Positions 19,087 through 29,541 of a stretch of DNA of 47,676 bases are shown here, in pieces (positions within the stretch are counted from its first letter, which is position 1; the number at the start of each line of letters is the position of its first letter). Both the position numbers and the translations under genes were made by a program. Origin of the DNA: an uncultured Acidimicrobiia bacterium (GTDB lineage Bacteria; Actinomycetota; Aquicultoria; CAJVYJ01; JAUVQD01); contig CAXMSJ010000078.1 of assembly GCA_964196305.1 (NCBI GenBank), forward strand, positions 1-47,676, in the 5' to 3' direction. The notes under the pieces were generated by a model. That model worked only from the letters and a program-made list of their open reading frames with translations. It had not been told where the DNA came from and made no database searches.

Positions 19087-19943
19087 ATTGCTCCTTTTAA
19101 CCCTCGTGTTTTCTCGTGTGCCTGACCTCGAGCCGCCCGGGCAGCATTGATTTCAGCTCCGAGAACAAAGATCAACCCAATGATGTAAAGCCAAAATAGC
19201 AGCCCCATAATAACCCCGACCGAACCATAGATCGCATTGAATCTGGCGATACGAGAGGTATAGACGATAAACAACCGCTTGGCAACCTCGAGGATTACGG
19301 TCGTAAAAGCGGCCCCGACCCACACATCCGTGAGCCCTAGTTTCTTGTTGGGCACCACGGCATAAATGATTGCCAGCGCAGAAAACGTGATCACCAAGGA
19401 CCCCCCAAACGCGGTCGCCTGAAAGGCAGCCAGCGGTGGAGTAGCTGAAAAAGTCTCTCGCCAGAAAGTCTGAAGCGTCGCAAACATGGTCGAGAAGAAG
19501 GTGGTCAAGATCAAAAGGAGAATGACAGCGACCACACCGGCCACCGAGAGCAGCTTCGTTTTGACGAAATGCCTCGGAGTCTCGACGTCCCAGACCCGGT
19601 TTAAAACATACGTAATAGCATCGAAAACAGCTGTCCCGATCCAAACCAGGGCCACCAACCCAACGATCCCCGTACTCTCGCGGTTTTTAGAAATGGCCTC
19701 AACATTGTGACGCACAACTCCACTGAACTGCGGTAACGCCTCGTTTGTGTAGTCGAGGATGATCTCGGTCATACTGGCCTCCGCCACGAAATAACCGGCC
19801 GCGCTGATCGCCAAAAGCAGTACTGGGAAGATAGAGAAAAGGGCGTAATACGACAGGGTGGCGGCCAAAAACGAGCCGGCATCTCTGGAGAACCGAACAT
19901 AGACTTCAACTATGAAATCCGTGAAAGGCCGCCCCTGGCTCAA
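19083..19943 (-). CDS. YihY/BrkB-family membrane protein
   Basis: 6 TM helices. Family-typical LSYYALFSIFPVLLL and YGSVGVIMGLLFWLY. ATGA overlap with pyrE. Confidence 0.85.
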   Translation of the reverse strand: MSQGRPFTDFIVEVYVRFSRDAGSFLAATLSYYALFSIFPVLLLAISAAGYFVAEASMTEIILDYTNEALPQFSGVVRHNVEAISKNRESTGIVGLVALVWIGTAVFDAITYVLNRVWDVETPRHFVKTKLLSVAGVVAVILLLILTTFFSTMFATLQTFWRETFSATPPLAAFQATAFGGSLVITFSALAIIYAVVPNKKLGLTDVWVGAAFTTVILEVAKRLFIVYTSRIARFNAIYGSVGVIMGLLFWLYIIGLIFVLGAEINAARAARGQAHEKTRGLKGAI

Positions 19944-19965
19944 CGAAACAATTCCCGAAAAACGG

Positions 19966-20340
19966 CTATTCTTGGGGCTTGGGTTTCGGGTCGTCTTGGA
20001 GGATCTCTTTTATCTCAGTGACCTTGCCGGTGGCGGTGTTGATCTTCTCTCTAGCAGAATCGGCCGCCGAATCAACTTGGGCTTTTAGTTTTTCCCGAGT
20101 CTCGTTGATCCTGGCCTTCAGTCCCTCCGTGCGCTCGCCGGCAGCGTCTCGACCGACATCTATGGCTTCTAACACACGCCCCCGCTGGTTTTCATAGGAA
20201 CCCCGTCCCTGCTCCATTAGCTCGTCTGTTCTTCGTCTAAGATCATCGCGAGTCTCCCGGCCGGCCCGCGGAGCAAACAATACGCCCACAGCCAACCCAA
20301 CCAAACCGCCAGTCACAAAAGCGGAAAATCTATTACTCAC
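19966..20340 (-). CDS. YtxH domain-containing protein
   Basis: GGLVGLAVGVLFAPRAGRETRDDL followed by a long helical tail. I prefer GTG 20340 (GGAGGTG lies 8 nt upstream) to the TTG at 20355. Confidence 0.8.
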   Translation of the reverse strand: MSNRFSAFVTGGLVGLAVGVLFAPRAGRETRDDLRRRTDELMEQGRGSYENQRGRVLEAIDVGRDAAGERTEGLKARINETREKLKAQVDSAADSAREKINTATGKVTEIKEILQDDPKPKPQE

Positions 20341-20415
20341 AGCTGACACCTCCAAATGAAATCGCTCTACTGTCTTTATATTCTAGTTCTTGGCCCAGGA
20401 AAATGCTACCAGAAA

Positions 20416-21351
20416 TCAACGCGCCAGGGCCATACGAACCAGCTTGTCCACTAGGTCAGCGAAAGCAATGCCGTGGGCGGCGGCAGCCATCGGTAGTAAG
20501 CTGGTCTCCGTCATGCCGGGACTCGTATTCAGCTCAAGCACATAAGGCTTTCCCTCCGACATGATCAGGTCGACCCGAGAGACGTCGCGACAGCCAAGCG
20601 CTTCGTGAACATTTAGAGACAGTTCTTTCACTTCAGCAGCCTGTGCATCGTCCAAGCGGGCCGGGACAAAATAGTCGGTCGCTCCCATCCGGTACATAGA
20701 TTCAAAATCAAAAAACTCTTTCTTGGTGACGATCTCGATGATAGGCAGGGCCTCGGCCGGATCATTGCCGATAATACTAACCGTTAGCTCCGTACCATCG
20801 ACGTACTGCTCCAACAAAACCTTATCGTCGTAACTAAGAGCCCCGATCAGTGCTTTGGGAAGATCCTCTGCCTCGTGAACGATCTTGATGCCAAGCGCCG
20901 AACCCTGGCCGGCCGGCTTGACGACCAGGGGAAGACCGAGTAAGTCGATAGCCTTATCGAGAGCTCCGGCTGCTCCCATCTCTTTAAAAGAGGCGGCGCT
21001 CAGCGTCAGCCAGCGGGGAGTCGGGATTGAGTGCCGCGTCAATATCTCCTTAGCCAGGACTTTGTCGAAGCTGACAATATTAGCGTAGACGCCCGGGCCG
21101 GTGTAGGGGATGCCCAACAACTCCAATAATCCCTGGACCGTGCCATCCTCGCCATATTTTCCATGCAGAGCAATGTAGGCGACATCCGGAGCGGCGGCAA
21201 TCAGGTTGTCTACCATCCGCTCATCGACATCCAGCGAAAACTGCTCATAGCCCTTAGCGGCCAGCGCCTCCGAGACACGATGCCCGCTCTTGAGCGAAAC
21301 CTCCCGCTCAAGCGACCGACCCCCCATTAAAACCGCGACTTTCTCGTTCAC
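20416..21351 (-). CDS. ddl: D-alanine--D-alanine ligase
   Basis: ATP-grasp fold. HGKYGEDGTVQGLLELLGIPYTG and LELNTSPGMT. Confidence 0.95.
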   Translation of the reverse strand: MNEKVAVLMGGRSLEREVSLKSGHRVSEALAAKGYEQFSLDVDERMVDNLIAAAPDVAYIALHGKYGEDGTVQGLLELLGIPYTGPGVYANIVSFDKVLAKEILTRHSIPTPRWLTLSAASFKEMGAAGALDKAIDLLGLPLVVKPAGQGSALGIKIVHEAEDLPKALIGALSYDDKVLLEQYVDGTELTVSIIGNDPAEALPIIEIVTKKEFFDFESMYRMGATDYFVPARLDDAQAAEVKELSLNVHEALGCRDVSRVDLIMSEGKPYVLELNTSPGMTETSLLPMAAAAHGIAFADLVDKLVRMALAR

Positions 21352-21363
21352 AAATCTACCCCG

Positions 21364-22620
21364 CTATTCCGACTTCAATTTCAAATTTACAGCAACCGAA
21401 TGGTAAAGAGTAATCTGGTCCTTAACAACGTCCGAAAGCCGCCGGACCCCTTCGTGTATCTCCTCTTCTGAAGGAAAACAGAACGCCAACCGCATAAAGT
21501 TGGCGCCGCGACCGTCGGCAAAAAAAGCGCGACCGGGAATAAAGGCGACCTTCTGGGAGATTGCATCGGCCAGCATCTCCGTCGTGTCAATGAATTCCGG
21601 CAGTCTGACCCAGACAAAAAACCCGCCCTCGGGACTGGTCCATTCGGCCTCATCCGGAAAGTACTCATCCAATGCCTCAAGCATGGCATCGCGGCGCCTC
21701 CGATAAGTGTTAACTAATTGGGCAATATATTCTTCCAGATCGTTTTGGTTGAAAAACTCATCAACGACCCTCTGCGTAAACGACGGAGAACAGAGATCCG
21801 CCGCCTGTTTGGCGAAGATTATCTTTTCCAAAATGGGGTGCGGAGCCACCAGCCACGCTAGGCGGAGCCCGGGCGAGAGTATCTTCGAGAACGTACTGAG
21901 ATAAATCACATTCTCGTCCAACTCTCGAAGAGACGGCAGGCGCTCGCCCTCAAAACGGAGTCGCCCATAGGGATTGTCCTCAATTAACAAAAGTTTATGC
22001 TGCTGGGAAAGCTCGATCAAGCGCCGACGTCGATCCAAGCTCATTGTTACCCCGGCTGGATTATGAAAATTGGGGACGGTATACAGGAATTTCGGTCGCA
22101 CGCCTGCCGACGCCAACTCCTTGAGCCTCTCTTCAAGCTCCGAGACGACCAGCCCTAACTCGTCAAGAGGAATGCTAATCACTTTCGGCTCATAGCCGGC
22201 AAAAGCATTCAGGGCTCCGAGATAGCTGGGCGCCTCCACTAAAATAACATCACCTGGCTCAATAAAGACCTTGCCGAGAATATCGAGCCCCTGCTGAGAG
22301 CCGCCGGTGATAATAAAATCTTCCTTGTCGACCTTGATATTTTCGCCGGCCATCAAACGACAGATGTGCTGCTTGAGACCAGTCTGGCCTTCAGACGCTC
22401 CATACTGCAGCGCAGCGTTGCCATGACTGAGCATGGTCTCAGTCGCAGCCGCGACAATCTTTGTCATCTTGAACTCTTTGGTGTACGGATTCCCGCCGGC
22501 CAGAGAAATGATGTCTTCGCGCTCGGTCACGCTGAGCAAATCGCGAATGGCCGAAGACTTGAGCAGGGAGGCCCGATTAGCATATAAATCGGTCCACTTG
22601 TCCAACTGATATCTGGGCAT
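21364..22620 (-). CDS. PLP-dependent aminotransferase, class I/II (2-aminoadipate/aromatic aminotransferase-like)
   Basis: NPxNPxG-type motif (FHNPAGVTMS), PLP lysine context STFSKILSPGLRLAW, and a C-terminal R (FMRLAF). Confidence 0.88.
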   Translation of the reverse strand: MPRYQLDKWTDLYANRASLLKSSAIRDLLSVTEREDIISLAGGNPYTKEFKMTKIVAAATETMLSHGNAALQYGASEGQTGLKQHICRLMAGENIKVDKEDFIITGGSQQGLDILGKVFIEPGDVILVEAPSYLGALNAFAGYEPKVISIPLDELGLVVSELEERLKELASAGVRPKFLYTVPNFHNPAGVTMSLDRRRRLIELSQQHKLLLIEDNPYGRLRFEGERLPSLRELDENVIYLSTFSKILSPGLRLAWLVAPHPILEKIIFAKQAADLCSPSFTQRVVDEFFNQNDLEEYIAQLVNTYRRRRDAMLEALDEYFPDEAEWTSPEGGFFVWVRLPEFIDTTEMLADAISQKVAFIPGRAFFADGRGANFMRLAFCFPSEEEIHEGVRRLSDVVKDQITLYHSVAVNLKLKSE

Positions 22621-22664
22621 ACTATCCTTCCGGAACGCGAGGGGCTGAAGTGAAGAGCTGGTGG

Positions 22665-23087
22665 TTATTTCTTGGTTGCCGGCTCTTCGGTCACTTCAGG
22701 AACATTGGCCTCGGGATCGTTGGCCCGCGCTTTGGCCGTGATTGACTGGATCAGGGCTTTCTCTGACTTCTTCCCCAGAGAACTCTTAAAGCCGGAGAGG
22801 ATAAACTCGACAATCATGACTCCAAGCAAAACGCCGGTACCGGCGACATCAAATTTTCCGTCGTACGGTGTTTTTATCGACTCCAGCATGTCCAGGGGGG
22901 CGACCAGCGGATCCGTCAACGAAATAACAATATCGTAGCCGGGGGCTGTTTGGAGACTTCCAAAGAAGAGATAGATGATCCGCACCAACAACACGACCCC
23001 GACGATGATCGAAAAGAGAACAAAAACCCTGAGAACGGTCGCCAATCCACCGTATACTTGATTAGACACATTCTGCTGCTGATCCAC
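22665..23087 (-). CDS. hypothetical membrane protein (possibly YggT-like)
   Basis: Two clear TM helices and a charged tail. I recognise no firm family motif. Confidence 0.6.
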   Translation of the reverse strand: MDQQQNVSNQVYGGLATVLRVFVLFSIIVGVVLLVRIIYLFFGSLQTAPGYDIVISLTDPLVAPLDMLESIKTPYDGKFDVAGTGVLLGVMIVEFILSGFKSSLGKKSEKALIQSITAKARANDPEANVPEVTEEPATKK

Positions 23088-23271
23088 GGCCCCATCCTCA
23101 GGTCATCAACCGAGCATCTTAACCCGGTCGGTTGGACCTCAGTCTACCCCGTTTGGCTGCGCAAGTGAAGTAAACTGGAAATTTCGTAGCCTTGAGATAG
23201 ACATTGAGATATAATCCGAAAACTGAAACATGGAAAACGGGCGCAAGCCCAACGGGCTTCTGGGAGGAACA

Positions 23272-23466
23272 ATGAAACCGAAAATCATTATTGACGAATG
23301 CATTGGTGACGGAATCTGCGAAGAGATCTGTCCAGAGGTCTTTGAGTTAAGGGATGACGGACTCGCTTACGTCATTGACGAAGACCCCGATGCCGGCCTA
23401 CAGGACAAAATCGATGAAGCGATCGAAGAGTGCCCGACTTCCGCGATCATCATGGAAGAATCGTAG
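23272..23466 (+). CDS. small single-cluster ferredoxin (Fer4_15-like)
   Basis: IIIDECIGDGICEEICPEVFEL...IEECPTSAI. GGAGG lies 4 nt before ATG 23272; the ORF track starts at 23230. Confidence 0.85.
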   Translation: MKPKIIIDECIGDGICEEICPEVFELRDDGLAYVIDEDPDAGLQDKIDEAIEECPTSAIIMEES

Positions 23467-23473
23467 GGAAGAG

Positions 23474-25837
23474 CTACGAGCTCTTTTTTGTTTTTTTCCT
23501 GGGTTTCTTAAGAGCCGCCGCTAGGACCTCATCCATATGGTCGGCGAAGATAAACTTCAGTTCCGAGCGAACCTTCTTGGGCACCAAGTCCAAGTCTTTT
23601 TCGTTCTCGGAGGGGAGGATTATTTCTCTGAGACCAGCCCGGTGAGCAGCGAGCATCTTCTCTTTTACGCCGCCGATAGCCAAGACTCGTCCCCGCAGCG
23701 TGATTTCTCCAGTCATACCCACTTTCCGGTTGACCGGTGTCTTAGTGAGAGCTGAGACCAGGGCAATAGCCATAGTGATACCGGCGGACGGCCCGTCCTT
23801 GGGAATAGCCCCACCGGGCACATGAATGTGGATATCCAGCCTGCGATTGAAATCCGGCTCGATACCAAGCTCTTTGGCCCGCGACCGAATATAGCTCACA
23901 GCGGCGGTAGCTGATTCTTTCATCACGTCTCCGAGTCTGCCGGTGAGCATCACGTCCCCTTTGCCCGGGAGAACCGTGGCTTCGACAGACATTACATCGC
24001 CGCCTACCTCTGTCCAGGCCAGGCCAGTCGCCAGTCCCACGTGGTCTTTCTCTTCCGCCATTCCAAACCGGAATTGAGGGGGTCCTAGAAACTCGTGCAT
24101 GTTCTTGTCTCCGGCCTCCACTGATTTCGCTTTATCTTCGACGATCTTCCGGGCGGTTTGACGACATATTGCCGCCACCTTCCGCTCCAAATTTCGCACC
24201 CCGGCTTCACGTGTGTGCTCGCGAATTATCTTCCGTAAGCCATCGTCGGTAATCTTCAGGTGCGACTTTTTCAATCCGTGTTCGGACGTCTGTTTCGGCA
24301 CTAAGTACTTCTTGGCTATCTGTATTTTCTCTTCTTCCGTATACCCCGGAAAATGTATAATTTCCATCCGGTCCCTAAGAGCCGGGGGGATCGGATCGAG
24401 AAGATTCGCCGTCGTCACAAACATGATATTCGATAGGTCGACCGGCACCTCAAGATAGTGGTCGCTAAACTCGTTATTCTGCTCGGGGTCGAGCACCTCC
24501 AACAAGGCTGACGTCGGATCGCCCCGAAAATCGGCTCCAACCTTGTCGATCTCATCCATCATGAATACTGGGTTACGCACCCCGGACTGCACTATCGATT
24601 GAATGATCCGCCCAGGGAGCGCACCAACATATGTCCGACGATGACCACGGATCTCGGCTTCATCCCGGATGCCGCCCAGCGATACTCTGATGAACTTGCG
24701 GCTGAGGGATCGGGCGATAGATTTGCCGATCGACGTTTTACCTGTCCCCGGGGGGCCAGTAAAACAAAGTATCGGCCCACGCATCTTTTCGGTCAGCGTG
24801 TGGACAGCTAAGAACTCAAGAACCCGTTCTTTTACTTTCTCTAAGCCGTAATGATCTTCATCAAGAATTTTTTGGGCTGCTTTGAGATCGAGCTTCTCTT
24901 CGCTCTCCATCTTCCACGGCACCCCGATCAACCAGTCCAGGTAAGTGCGGATAACACTGGTCTCCGCGCCCGCCGCCGGCATCTTTTCCAAGCGCCCTAA
25001 CTCTTTGATCGCCTTTTTCTCTACTTCTTCAGGCATCTCGGCTTCTTGTATCTTGGTGCGCAGCTCCTCGATCTCCGCCTGCTGTTCGTCGAGTCCACCA
25101 AGCTCTTTTTGGATCGCCTTCATCTGCTCGCGCAGGAAATATTCACGCTGGGTTTTGGTCATCTGCTCCTTGACGCGAGATTGAATGCGGCTGCCGATTT
25201 CCAGAATCTCAAGCTCCTTGCCCATAAACGACCCAACGAGTTCCAATCGTGCCTGGGGCTCGACCGCCTCAAGAATGCGCTGCTTCTCATCGGACCGCAG
25301 GTTTAGATGAAAAGCGATAAAATCCGCCAATCTCCCGGGCTCATCGATATTCATTGATGCCAGTAAGACTTCCTGGGGAATCGGCTTGCCTAGCCGAGCC
25401 GTCTGCTCGAACTGAGAAACCAGATTGCGCATAAGCGCCTCTGTTTCCAACTGCTCTCCCTCGACCTTTTCCACCACCGAAACTTTGACTTTGAAAAATG
25501 GATCAGTGTGGATGACATCCACTACCTTGATGCGGACAACCCCTTCTACCAGTGCCTTAGCCGTGCCATCCGGTAGTTTTAGCTCCTGCATAACAGTGGC
25601 GGCTGAGCCTATCTCATAGAGATCACCAATCTCCGGCTCCTGTGTTTCGGCTTCCTTTTGAGCCACCAGAGCGACAACATGGTCGGCCCGCATCGCCGCC
25701 TCGAGCGCCTTAATGGACCGCTCGCGACCGACAAAAAGCGGTACGACCAGATTGGGAAATATGATCAGATCGCGCAGGGGAATAAGCGGCAATTCCTCCG
25801 GAACTTCTACATTCTCATGCTTGTTGATGTCAGCCAT
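23474..25837 (-). CDS. lon: ATP-dependent Lon protease (LonA)
   Basis: LON N-domain, Walker [10 protein letters not shown], protease motif [10 protein letters not shown] prefer ATG 25837 (GAGGAG upstream) to the start at 25879. Confidence 0.97.
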   Translation of the reverse strand: MADINKHENVEVPEELPLIPLRDLIIFPNLVVPLFVGRERSIKALEAAMRADHVVALVAQKEAETQEPEIGDLYEIGSAATVMQELKLPDGTAKALVEGVVRIKVVDVIHTDPFFKVKVSVVEKVEGEQLETEALMRNLVSQFEQTARLGKPIPQEVLLASMNIDEPGRLADFIAFHLNLRSDEKQRILEAVEPQARLELVGSFMGKELEILEIGSRIQSRVKEQMTKTQREYFLREQMKAIQKELGGLDEQQAEIEELRTKIQEAEMPEEVEKKAIKELGRLEKMPAAGAETSVIRTYLDWLIGVPWKMESEEKLDLKAAQKILDEDHYGLEKVKERVLEFLAVHTLTEKMRGPILCFTGPPGTGKTSIGKSIARSLSRKFIRVSLGGIRDEAEIRGHRRTYVGALPGRIIQSIVQSGVRNPVFMMDEIDKVGADFRGDPTSALLEVLDPEQNNEFSDHYLEVPVDLSNIMFVTTANLLDPIPPALRDRMEIIHFPGYTEEEKIQIAKKYLVPKQTSEHGLKKSHLKITDDGLRKIIREHTREAGVRNLERKVAAICRQTARKIVEDKAKSVEAGDKNMHEFLGPPQFRFGMAEEKDHVGLATGLAWTEVGGDVMSVEATVLPGKGDVMLTGRLGDVMKESATAAVSYIRSRAKELGIEPDFNRRLDIHIHVPGGAIPKDGPSAGITMAIALVSALTKTPVNRKVGMTGEITLRGRVLAIGGVKEKMLAAHRAGLREIILPSENEKDLDLVPKKVRSELKFIFADHMDEVLAAALKKPRKKTKKSS

Positions 25838-25974
25838 CGAATATCTCCTCACTGACCGCTCGTTAGAGCAGGGACTCACTTTTGCGTCAACCAGAGCACT
25901 ACGGACTTACCCTATTGCCGCTGATAATAAATACGGGCTAGCGATTTTTCGCTTGCCTCGCCTTTAATTTTAGC

Positions 25975-28002
25975 ATGAATCTCAAGCAAGTTCGGGTCTG
26001 GTCGGTTACCATTCGTAAGGGCGCTTATTCTAATATAATATGGGACTTCAGGCCACTCACGGAGGCGGTGTTCATCAGAGGACTAAAGATACTTCTCGTG
26101 CTCGTTTTTCTGGCGGTACAGCCTCTATCTATAGCTAGAGCCGGAGAGATGCCGAAACTCAGCTTGACGCTAGAAAAAGCTCACTACACCGGTTCAGAAA
26201 ACTTCTCTGTCACCGGCATGATCATTACCACTGACTCCCGATACGCCCGCAAAGCCAATCTGACCATAGCTATTATGCCGGCTTTGAAGCGCGGGGCGCC
26301 TATCTTCGGTCTACCTTGGGTTGCCCAAGAACCGTTAGCTGAGGAGAGCTGGCAACGAGAGCTGCCCATCGGACTGACTACGGTCGAATTAGAGCGCCAC
26401 CTGGAAGGGCTCGAACTCCCCGACGGCGTCTATCCTCTCGACTTCACCGCCGAGCTTTCCAACGGACTCTCATTCAGTACTCGAGCTTTCTTGGTAATCC
26501 TGCGCCCCGACACCAAACGCCTCCCGGTCGCAGTCATGTGGAGTTTCTACCCGGGGGAACATCGTTTGCCGGATGGATCATTCCTCGAGGATCTTTCGAG
26601 TCTGGTCCAGGCCGCCCCGAGCGGGCGCGGCCCGCTACAGCGCCACCTAGACGCGATCGAATCCAACCCAGAGATGAAAGTAAATATCGCTGCCGGACCA
26701 ACACTGGTCGAACAACTCACGGCGATGAGCGGCGGGTACATTGTCAGCGGACCCGACCCGTTCGAGGTGTCCAAAGATAGCTCGGCTGCCCAAGATTCAG
26801 CCGCCTGGCTTTCGCGTTTTAATAAGCTGGTCGAGGCCGGACAAATAGAATCCTTGACCGCCCCCTACGGAGAGGCGCCGCTCGCATTATTAGCCGCCGC
26901 CGGCTGGGAAGAGGACATACGAGGACAGATCGCCCTAGCGGCCCCGCCCGAGACCGACCAAGCGGGATTCTTTTTACCGGGGCTGACGCTAGACTCCTTC
27001 ACGGCTCGTCGCCTGGCGGAAGCAGAGTTTGCCTACACCGTCATTTTGGAAGGAGAGTCCGATTCTACTCAGTCACCTAGAGTCCCCCTCAAGTTCGATC
27101 ATGCACCTAACCACCTAACGATCTTTTCGGCCGATCCGGAGCTAGCTTCATGGGTGGCATCGGTTGCTCCCGGGCAAGCAGACAACCAGCTGACAGCCAT
27201 CCTCGCCCAGCGATACTTGGAAGCCGAAGATGACGAGCTGGTCGTGGTAACCTCGAGCCGGAACACGCCCCCATCCAGTGAGTTAGCGGGCCGAATATAT
27301 CAAACTATCTCTACTCTGTCGTGGATAGAGTCCGTCCCGCTTTCTAAGCGGTCGACGAGTGCGGTCAACACGGCCAGAGTGCGCCCGGCAGATAATGCCC
27401 GCCGGCCGCTGGGCGCGGCCTTTGACAGCCTTTCAGAGGCGCGACAGCTCTGGGTCGACTTCGCACAATCAGTGCCGGCCAAGAACTCCACTAAGCAGCG
27501 TCTCGACCGCTACCTCTTTCGCGCCGAATCACTGAACTCGATCATGGACGCGACCCCAAGAAACGGATCGGTCGGCGAACTCTATGCCGATGCTGTCGCA
27601 AACACTATCAGATCGGAATTGGCAAAAGTCAGGCTGGCACCGCCAAAAAATATCACCTTCTCGACCAAAAGAGGCAAAGTCCCCGTGGCCATCTATAACG
27701 GCGCCGGATATCCAATTAGGGCTCAGCTCGAGCTCAGTGGTCGAGATTTTTCCTTTCCCAATAAATCCCAGCAGAGCATCACCCTAAAGCCAAAGGAAAA
27801 CCTGATCACCTATGACATCATCGCCGGGTTCACCGGCCTCAAAATCCTGGACATCCGCGTAGCCGTGGGAGAAATTGAGATTGCTAATGAAGGTGTCGAG
27901 GTCAGTGTGAGTAGTATGTTACGATATTTAGTAGTTGGCGGAAGCATCTTCGTGGTTCTTGGCCTGGGAGTGGTTGTTGCGATGAGGGGACGAAAAGAGT
28001 GA
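25975..28002 (+). CDS. large hypothetical exported protein with a C-terminal TM anchor
   Basis: 675-aa ORF. Signal-peptide-like FIRGLKILLVLVFLAVQPLSIARA; an alternative GTG start at 26068 would place it at the N-terminus. C-terminal TM YLVVGGSIFVVLGLGVVVAM followed by RGRK. I cannot confirm any family; it is possibly similar to actinobacterial DUF6049 proteins. Confidence 0.75.
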   Translation: MNLKQVRVWSVTIRKGAYSNIIWDFRPLTEAVFIRGLKILLVLVFLAVQPLSIARAGEMPKLSLTLEKAHYTGSENFSVTGMIITTDSRYARKANLTIAIMPALKRGAPIFGLPWVAQEPLAEESWQRELPIGLTTVELERHLEGLELPDGVYPLDFTAELSNGLSFSTRAFLVILRPDTKRLPVAVMWSFYPGEHRLPDGSFLEDLSSLVQAAPSGRGPLQRHLDAIESNPEMKVNIAAGPTLVEQLTAMSGGYIVSGPDPFEVSKDSSAAQDSAAWLSRFNKLVEAGQIESLTAPYGEAPLALLAAAGWEEDIRGQIALAAPPETDQAGFFLPGLTLDSFTARRLAEAEFAYTVILEGESDSTQSPRVPLKFDHAPNHLTIFSADPELASWVASVAPGQADNQLTAILAQRYLEAEDDELVVVTSSRNTPPSSELAGRIYQTISTLSWIESVPLSKRSTSAVNTARVRPADNARRPLGAAFDSLSEARQLWVDFAQSVPAKNSTKQRLDRYLFRAESLNSIMDATPRNGSVGELYADAVANTIRSELAKVRLAPPKNITFSTKRGKVPVAIYNGAGYPIRAQLELSGRDFSFPNKSQQSITLKPKENLITYDIIAGFTGLKILDIRVAVGEIEIANEGVEVSVSSMLRYLVVGGSIFVVLGLGVVVAMRGRKE

Positions 28003-28367
28003 AATCAATTTTCGCCGGCGCCGCATTCAAGCTGTTGATCGCGACGGCGCTCTTGATCATCGTGATAAACGATGCCGGGAGCATCTTGTCCACCCGCTAT
28101 GCCCTGCAAGAAAAAGCCCGCGAGATAGCCAAAACCGCCGACGACTACTATGCGATATCCAGGTCTGAGTCCAGGGCCCGCACCGAAGCGGAAACCAAAG
28201 CTACAGAGCTTGGGGCGATTCTGACAGAGTTTGATATTCTCAACCGGCGGTGGGTGAATCTGACGATTGAAGTTCCCAATCGCGCCACTTGGATAGCCCA
28301 CCGGTTTACTGCTATCCAGCCTTATCTTGGGGCTCAATTAGAATATTCGAGAGATATGCACCAGTAA
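27999..28367 (+). CDS. hypothetical small membrane-anchored protein
   Basis: GTGA start/stop overlap with the upstream gene. GAGGGGA Shine-Dalgarno. One N-terminal TM helix. Confidence 0.65.
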   Translation: MKSIFAGAAFKLLIATALLIIVINDAGSILSTRYALQEKAREIAKTADDYYAISRSESRARTEAETKATELGAILTEFDILNRRWVNLTIEVPNRATWIAHRFTAIQPYLGAQLEYSRDMHQ

Positions 28368-28369
28368 AT

Positions 28370-29455
28370 ATGAATAGAATCATAGTCATAGACACAAACG
28401 TACTGCTCACAGACCCATATGCTCTATTCGCCTATGCTGATGCGGAAATTATTGTGGCGCAAACAGTCCTGGCGGAACTCGACAAGATCAAGATGGGCCG
28501 GAGTGACTATGAGGTCAGATTCCGCGGCCGTGAAGTTTCTCGAACACTTTTCGACCTGTCGCAATACGGCTCTTTGCTCGAGGGGATCGAGCTGGATAAT
28601 GGAGCTAAGGTCCGGGTCGCCCAGCACGACCCAAATAACTTTCCGCCAACGCTCAACCAGAAGAACGGCGATGACCGGATACTAGGAATCGCTTGGCGAC
28701 TGCATGAAGAAGACGGATCGTTGCCGGTCACTCTGATCACTAACGATCTCAATATGCTCTTGAAAGCACAATCGCTCGGAATCGAAGTCCAGCGCCACGA
28801 GCAAGAATACCACCGGAGCCGCTGGAACCGTCTTTTTGCCCCACTCAAGAAACGCCGGTTTTCACTATCTTGGATACTAGTGCCGCTGGTCTTGATCGGT
28901 CTATTCATTTCGCTTTGGCTTCTAGATGTTCCCAGCCCGATCAGCCCGACCACCACAGCCACCACGTCGATCCCGGGCACCACGTCATTCACCCTGCAAG
29001 AAGCCCAGTTGATGGACGTACTCAAGAAGAATGACCAAAGTTACGCTGACTGGTTTCAGCTAGGCCAGCTCTACCTGGACTGGGCAGAACAGCTACAAAG
29101 CGAGACGGATTTTGAAGCCGCCCGCAACAAGCGACTGGCCGCCGTCGATACGTTCAAACACACTTTACAAATACAGCCCGACCATAGCGCCGCCAAGACC
29201 AGTCTGGGCACGGCCTACTTTTTCCTTGGAAACTTCGAAGAGGCCATTAGCCAGTATGTGCAATCGATCAATCAAAATCCCAATTATTCTCTGGCCCATT
29301 TCAACCTGGCATTCGTCCTTTTCAACCAGCGTGACTACAATGGCGCCGCTCAATATTTCCACGCGTACTTAGAGCGGGAGCCGTCAGGACCCAGAAGCGA
29401 CTTTGCCCGCGAGCGGTTAAGCGACATCGACGCCCTTGAGCGTCAGGACACATAG
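28370..29455 (+). CDS. PIN-domain (PhoH/YlaK-N-terminal type) - TM - TPR repeat protein
   Basis: IVIDTNVLLTDP...DDRILGIA...ITNDLNMLLKAQSLGI (PIN acidic residues), TM helix SWILVPLVLIGLFISLWLL, then three or more TPR repeats. ATG 28370 lies 2 nt after the upstream stop; the ORF track starts at 28289. Confidence 0.8.
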   Translation: MNRIIVIDTNVLLTDPYALFAYADAEIIVAQTVLAELDKIKMGRSDYEVRFRGREVSRTLFDLSQYGSLLEGIELDNGAKVRVAQHDPNNFPPTLNQKNGDDRILGIAWRLHEEDGSLPVTLITNDLNMLLKAQSLGIEVQRHEQEYHRSRWNRLFAPLKKRRFSLSWILVPLVLIGLFISLWLLDVPSPISPTTTATTSIPGTTSFTLQEAQLMDVLKKNDQSYADWFQLGQLYLDWAEQLQSETDFEAARNKRLAAVDTFKHTLQIQPDHSAAKTSLGTAYFFLGNFEEAISQYVQSINQNPNYSLAHFNLAFVLFNQRDYNGAAQYFHAYLEREPSGPRSDFARERLSDIDALERQDT

Positions 29456-29457
29456 CC

Positions 29458-29483
29458 GACCCGTCTCCTAGACCGACGGGGTC
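29458..29483 (+). terminator. possible weak terminator hairpin after the PIN-TPR gene
   Basis: gacccgtc (29458-29465) pairs with gacggggtc (29475-29483) with one bulge. The downstream T-tract is poor (atttcctgtatctt). Confidence 0.3.
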
Positions 29484-29541
29484 ATTTCCTGTATCTTATG
29501 AGGTTACAGCAAGCATATATGGGTGACTTTTTGAAAAGGAA

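Noticed and set aside
25838-25974. Looked for a HAIR or CIRCE element upstream of lon
   Set aside because: I found only a plausible TTGACG-N17-TCTAAC promoter and a CTCACT direct repeat. There is no inverted repeat resembling CTTGAGT-N7-ACTCAAG or the CIRCE consensus.
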